A stretch of 40,275 bases of DNA, taken from Sulfolobales archaeon. Lineage in GTDB: Archaea; Thermoproteota; Thermoprotei_A; Sulfolobales; NBVN01. This document shows, one piece after another, positions 36,991-40,275 of the stretch (positions are counted from its first letter, which is position 1; every line of letters begins with the position of its first letter). The position numbers and the translations under genes were made by a program. Location of the stretch: NCBI GenBank assembly GCA_038841535.1, contig JAWBTQ010000011.1, forward strand, positions 1 through 40,275, given 5' to 3'. The notes under the pieces were generated by a model that was not told the origin of the DNA, ran no database searches, and saw only the letters and a program-made list of their open reading frames with translations.

Positions 36991-37418
36991 CTCGACTGAC
37001 AGATCCCCGAACTATATCTCTATAGCTCAGTATTAACGTTAGAAGAACTTACTGCTACCCTCAAAGTTCATTACAGTATCTCTTACGAGATCATTTTCGG
37101 GTTATAGGGGTTTGTTGAGGTTAATGTAAACGCTGTTTGGGTCTCACCGCTCACAATGCGAGCGTGGTGAAGAAGTAGTTTAGTAGAGAGTAGGTACACA
37201 GCCAAGATGTGAGGTTTCTCTACAGCCGTGAGCCTAAGTAATAAGCGAGGGAGAGGTGCTCAGTTTAACTGGAGCCGTTGGAGGTCGTTAGTTGGGACTT
37301 TAACAAACAGATTTCAGAGAACTTCGAATCAGGGGATCTGTTTTAGGGTGGAAATACGTAGGCCCCCTCCTAGTATAGGTACAAGTGTATATTAATTTCT
37401 ATATTATAGTATAAGGCG

Positions 37419-38120
37419 GTGTGTATGCTAAAAGCGCTACTAGATTTAGCGAGTATGTACGGAAGCTATATTGGGGTATTCACGGTTAGTCTAGTTTCTA
37501 ATTCTGTCCCATTTGTTGGAGTCCCCTATCTGCTAATTATAGCTAGCTATGTAGCTAGAGAAGCGATGAGGTTTGGGCTTTCAGCTGAGCTGGCGTTAAT
37601 TGTAACTTCCGCTATGGGCTCCACTGCCGGAAAGCTCATAGTATACTTTATAGCAGCAGGTTTTAGGTTTAAGTTAAGTGAGAATACTAAGAATAACCTG
37701 AAGTACTTTGCGAGTTACTCCAAGAGGCTAGCGCTTCCATTAATTATTTTGTTTGCTGCGACACCAGCTCCAGACGATATGCTGTACGTCCCCCTTGGAG
37801 TAGCTGGGTATCCGCTTGCTTACTACTTCTTAGGGATATTCATCGGCAAGCTTATTATGGTTTGGTTAGCCACTACTTACTTCAGGGTTTTATTTAAGTA
37901 CCTGGGAGACGAGGTGGTTACAAACCCAGTACTAGGGGTGTGCGTAGCAGCATTAACTATATACCTAACTATTACGATAATGAGAATGGATTGGAGAAAA
38001 ATAGCTGAAACATACTACGAGAAAGGGGTTGTGCGATCTGCTAAGATGCTCGTAGAAGAGTTTCTAGTAGCTAGTTTAGGACTCTTTAAGAATATCCCCC
38101 AACTATTTTCTCGAAAGTGA
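37419..38120 (+). CDS. DedA/VTT (SNARE-associated) domain membrane protein
   Basis: SNSVPF..VPY, AMGSTAGK, FAATPAPDD, GK motifs. Confidence 0.85.
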   Translation: MCMLKALLDLASMYGSYIGVFTVSLVSNSVPFVGVPYLLIIASYVAREAMRFGLSAELALIVTSAMGSTAGKLIVYFIAAGFRFKLSENTKNNLKYFASYSKRLALPLIILFAATPAPDDMLYVPLGVAGYPLAYYFLGIFIGKLIMVWLATTYFRVLFKYLGDEVVTNPVLGVCVAALTIYLTITIMRMDWRKIAETYYEKGVVRSAKMLVEEFLVASLGLFKNIPQLFSRK

Positions 38121-38177
38121 TGATCTAAAACATTCTTAATTATCAACTCCAAGTTAGACTAACTAAAACATAATTAC

Positions 38178-38462
38178 TCATACCAGTACGACGTACTCGT
38201 CAAATCTCTCTTTGTTCTCATCGTTCGGATTGCGCACGTGCTTCATCAAGCTCACTTCATCCCCTAAATTCGTCTCCAGGAATTTCACGAACTCTACTAT
38301 TGAGTCCCTAATAAACTCGCTCTTGGACTTACCGGCTTCTTTAGCAGCAATTACAATTAGCTCGTTAAGTTCCGTATTAACCCTAAAGGTAACTATTTTA
38401 GCACATTGAGGCTTTTGTCGAGAGCGTATTAAGTAATAGAGATTAGTACTATTACCTACCAT
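38178..38462 (-). CDS. Ribbon-helix-helix (CopG-like) transcription factor
   Basis: KIVTFRVNTEL...AAKEAGKSKSEFIRDSI; strong TATA tract about 30 bp upstream. Confidence 0.8.
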   Translation of the reverse strand: MVGNSTNLYYLIRSRQKPQCAKIVTFRVNTELNELIVIAAKEAGKSKSEFIRDSIVEFVKFLETNLGDEVSLMKHVRNPNDENKERFDEYVVLV

Positions 38463-39298
38463 ATTACATCCTCAATTCTTGGTTTTATACTTTTATATAT
38501 ATATTTACCACTCTAAGAAGAACTTATCAAGCTTAAGAGAAGTCGGCCGTAAGACTTAGCAACTTGACATGTAGATGCCTTATAAATTCGATAAACAAGC
38601 ATTTTATTAGTTGCACATCACTGTAATACGCGACATTCTCAACTAAGGCTTCTCAATGGAACACCCCTCTCGAAAGATATACTCTTAACTGCTCTTGATT
38701 TAATCACCTCCACTCTCCTTTTCCTGTTCCCACGTTCTCGCAGTTTTGCTCTCTTACGGGAACTCGTGGAGAGACTGATCTATTGCGTGCAATGTAAAAC
38801 TCTTGGGAATTTCATCGTAGTTTTAGCGAGGTCCCTACTGGCAATGAGAGCACGTATCGGGTTCATCGCTAGTTACTGAGCAAGCTGTAGTCTATAGATC
38901 CATTAAATCATGTCACACAATAGCTTGAACCTTACCTATAAGAGCGTGGGGACTACAAGTAATAAAATAGCGCATACTCGTCGACTTACCACAGCACACG
39001 CTATTCGAGCGAATATGGGAGGCAGATATATGAGGTCTCTCCTAGAACTACCACTAGTGCTTTGAAGCTTTAGCGGTAACTTCTCTAGTAAGTTTTCGTG
39101 GAGTACACTATGTTGCCAAGGTAATTCTGTTTAAGTTAACTAAGTTGCGGCAACTTCCTGAAGTAGGACACCACGCATTAGTGCTATCCCGGAGAATACG
39201 TAACGGTCAACGCTTTCCCCAAGGATTTTCGGCTCTCAAAGCGGCTTCACTGTGTGATACTTAAAATTTCTCAGCCAATATGTGGCTTGGTGGTGTCT

Positions 39299-40275
39299 GT
39301 GTCTATACCACCTGAGTTAATAAAAGTGATTGAGCTAACTAGAAATCACAATAGGTGGAGGAGGTTTGAGTGCATTAACTTGATCGCTTCTGAGAACACG
39401 ATGTCGCCGCTGGCTGAAGCTGCTTATTTTACTGATATGATGCATAGGTATGCTGAAGGCAAGCCTGGAAGGAGATACTACCAGGGAAATGTCTACACCG
39501 ACGAGGTAGAGCTTTTAGTTATGGAGCTCATGGGCAAACTCCTCAAGGTTAAGTACATAGAGCCGAGAGCTATAAGTGGAACCGTAGCTAATGCTGTAGT
39601 CTTCCGAGTCCTAGCTAACCCAGGAGATAAAGCTTTAATAGCCCCAGTTCAGGCGGGAGCTCACGTATCTCACACTAAGTTCGGAACGCTAGGAGCTCTA
39701 GGTATAGAGCACATAGAGCTACCATTCGACTTGGACTCATGGAATATCGATATAGATAAGGCAGTGAAAATGATCGAAGAAGTAAGACCTAAGTTTGTAA
39801 CATTGGGTGCCTCAGTCTACCTATTCCCCCACCCCACTAAGGAGATCTCAGATGCGGCGCATGCTGTAGGAGCTAAAGTAGTCCATGACGTAGCACACGT
39901 GTTAGGCCTTATAGCAGGCAATAGGTGGCCTAATCCAATACATGAAGGTGCTGATGTGGCTACATCATCTACTCACAAGACTTTTCCTGGCCCGCAGGGG
40001 GGTGTGATCTTTACAAATGACGACGAGATGTATAAGCAAGTGTCTAAATACGTTTTCCCGTGGTTTGTGAGCAACCACCACTTACATAGACTTCCGGCAA
40101 CAGCTGTTACAGCTATCGAGATGATCTACTTTGGTGAAGAGTACGCTGATCAAATAATAAGGAACTCTATAGCCTTTGCCGAAGCTCTAGCGATGGAGGG
40201 CTTTAAGGTACTGGCCGAGCAATTGGGTTACACTAGGTCGCATACAATAGTTGTTGATGTGAGGCAGCATGGTGG
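39299..40275 (+). CDS. glyA: Serine hydroxymethyltransferase, truncated by window end (not in ORF track)
   Basis: [50 protein letters not shown]-lysine [18 protein letters not shown]; GTG start after GGTGGTG. Confidence 0.96.
   Translation, partial: MSIPPELIKVIELTRNHNRWRRFECINLIASENTMSPLAEAAYFTDMMHRYAEGKPGRRYYQGNVYTDEVELLVMELMGKLLKVKYIEPRAISGTVANAVVFRVLANPGDKALIAPVQAGAHVSHTKFGTLGALGIEHIELPFDLDSWNIDIDKAVKMIEEVRPKFVTLGASVYLFPHPTKEISDAAHAVGAKVVHDVAHVLGLIAGNRWPNPIHEGADVATSSTHKTFPGPQGGVIFTNDDEMYKQVSKYVFPWFVSNHHLHRLPATAVTAIEMIYFGEEYADQIIRNSIAFAEALAMEGFKVLAEQLGYTRSHTIVVDVRQHG

Noticed and set aside
37305-37360. ORB-like origin box (TTCAGAGAAC...GGGG)
   Set aside because: Poor match, single copy, and no cdc6/whiP nearby.
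1-40275. CRISPR arrays, tRNA or rRNA genes
   Set aside because: No regularly spaced repeats or cloverleaf/T-loop signatures found by eye; small ncRNAs could still be missed.

Overview
Mostly housekeeping DNA from a hyperthermophilic crenarchaeon (Thermoprotei, probably Desulfurococcales/Sulfolobales-like). This is inferred from reverse gyrase, two PCNA paralogues, crenarchaeal-type MetRS/GlyRS/AlaX and frequent GTG/TTG starts. It carries a long translation/secretion superoperon (S19e-PDCD5-L39e-L31e-aIF6-L18a-prefoldin alpha-FtsY-SecE-Spt5-L11-L1-L10), replication genes (2x PCNA, PriL, reverse gyrase), MetRS, GlyRS, AlaX-M, TrmG10, metabolic genes (agmatinase, Fe-ADH, PRPP synthase, nucleotide-sugar dehydrogenase, IMPase, FprA, partial GlyA) and an ABC-2 exporter. 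Three genes are missing from the ORF track: rpl39e, an Rpo12/RpoP-like zinc ribbon and the truncated glyA. I found no CRISPR array, tRNA or rRNA. The most notable observations are: (1) the essential N-terminal HIGH region of MetRS can only be translated from a non-canonical start, most likely ACG behind a Shine-Dalgarno site; (2) at least four, possibly seven or more, intergenic relics keep only the 3' part of tnpB elements (the omega-RNA region), one with an intact right-end hairpin followed by a duplicated putative guide next to the prs promoter; (3) an out-of-context Rpo12-like protein has an insertion; (4) reverse gyrase lacks its first zinc finger; (5) the P1/L12 stalk gene is missing after L10. 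All assignments are by eye and recalled motifs, with no database searches. No complete novel system is demonstrated.
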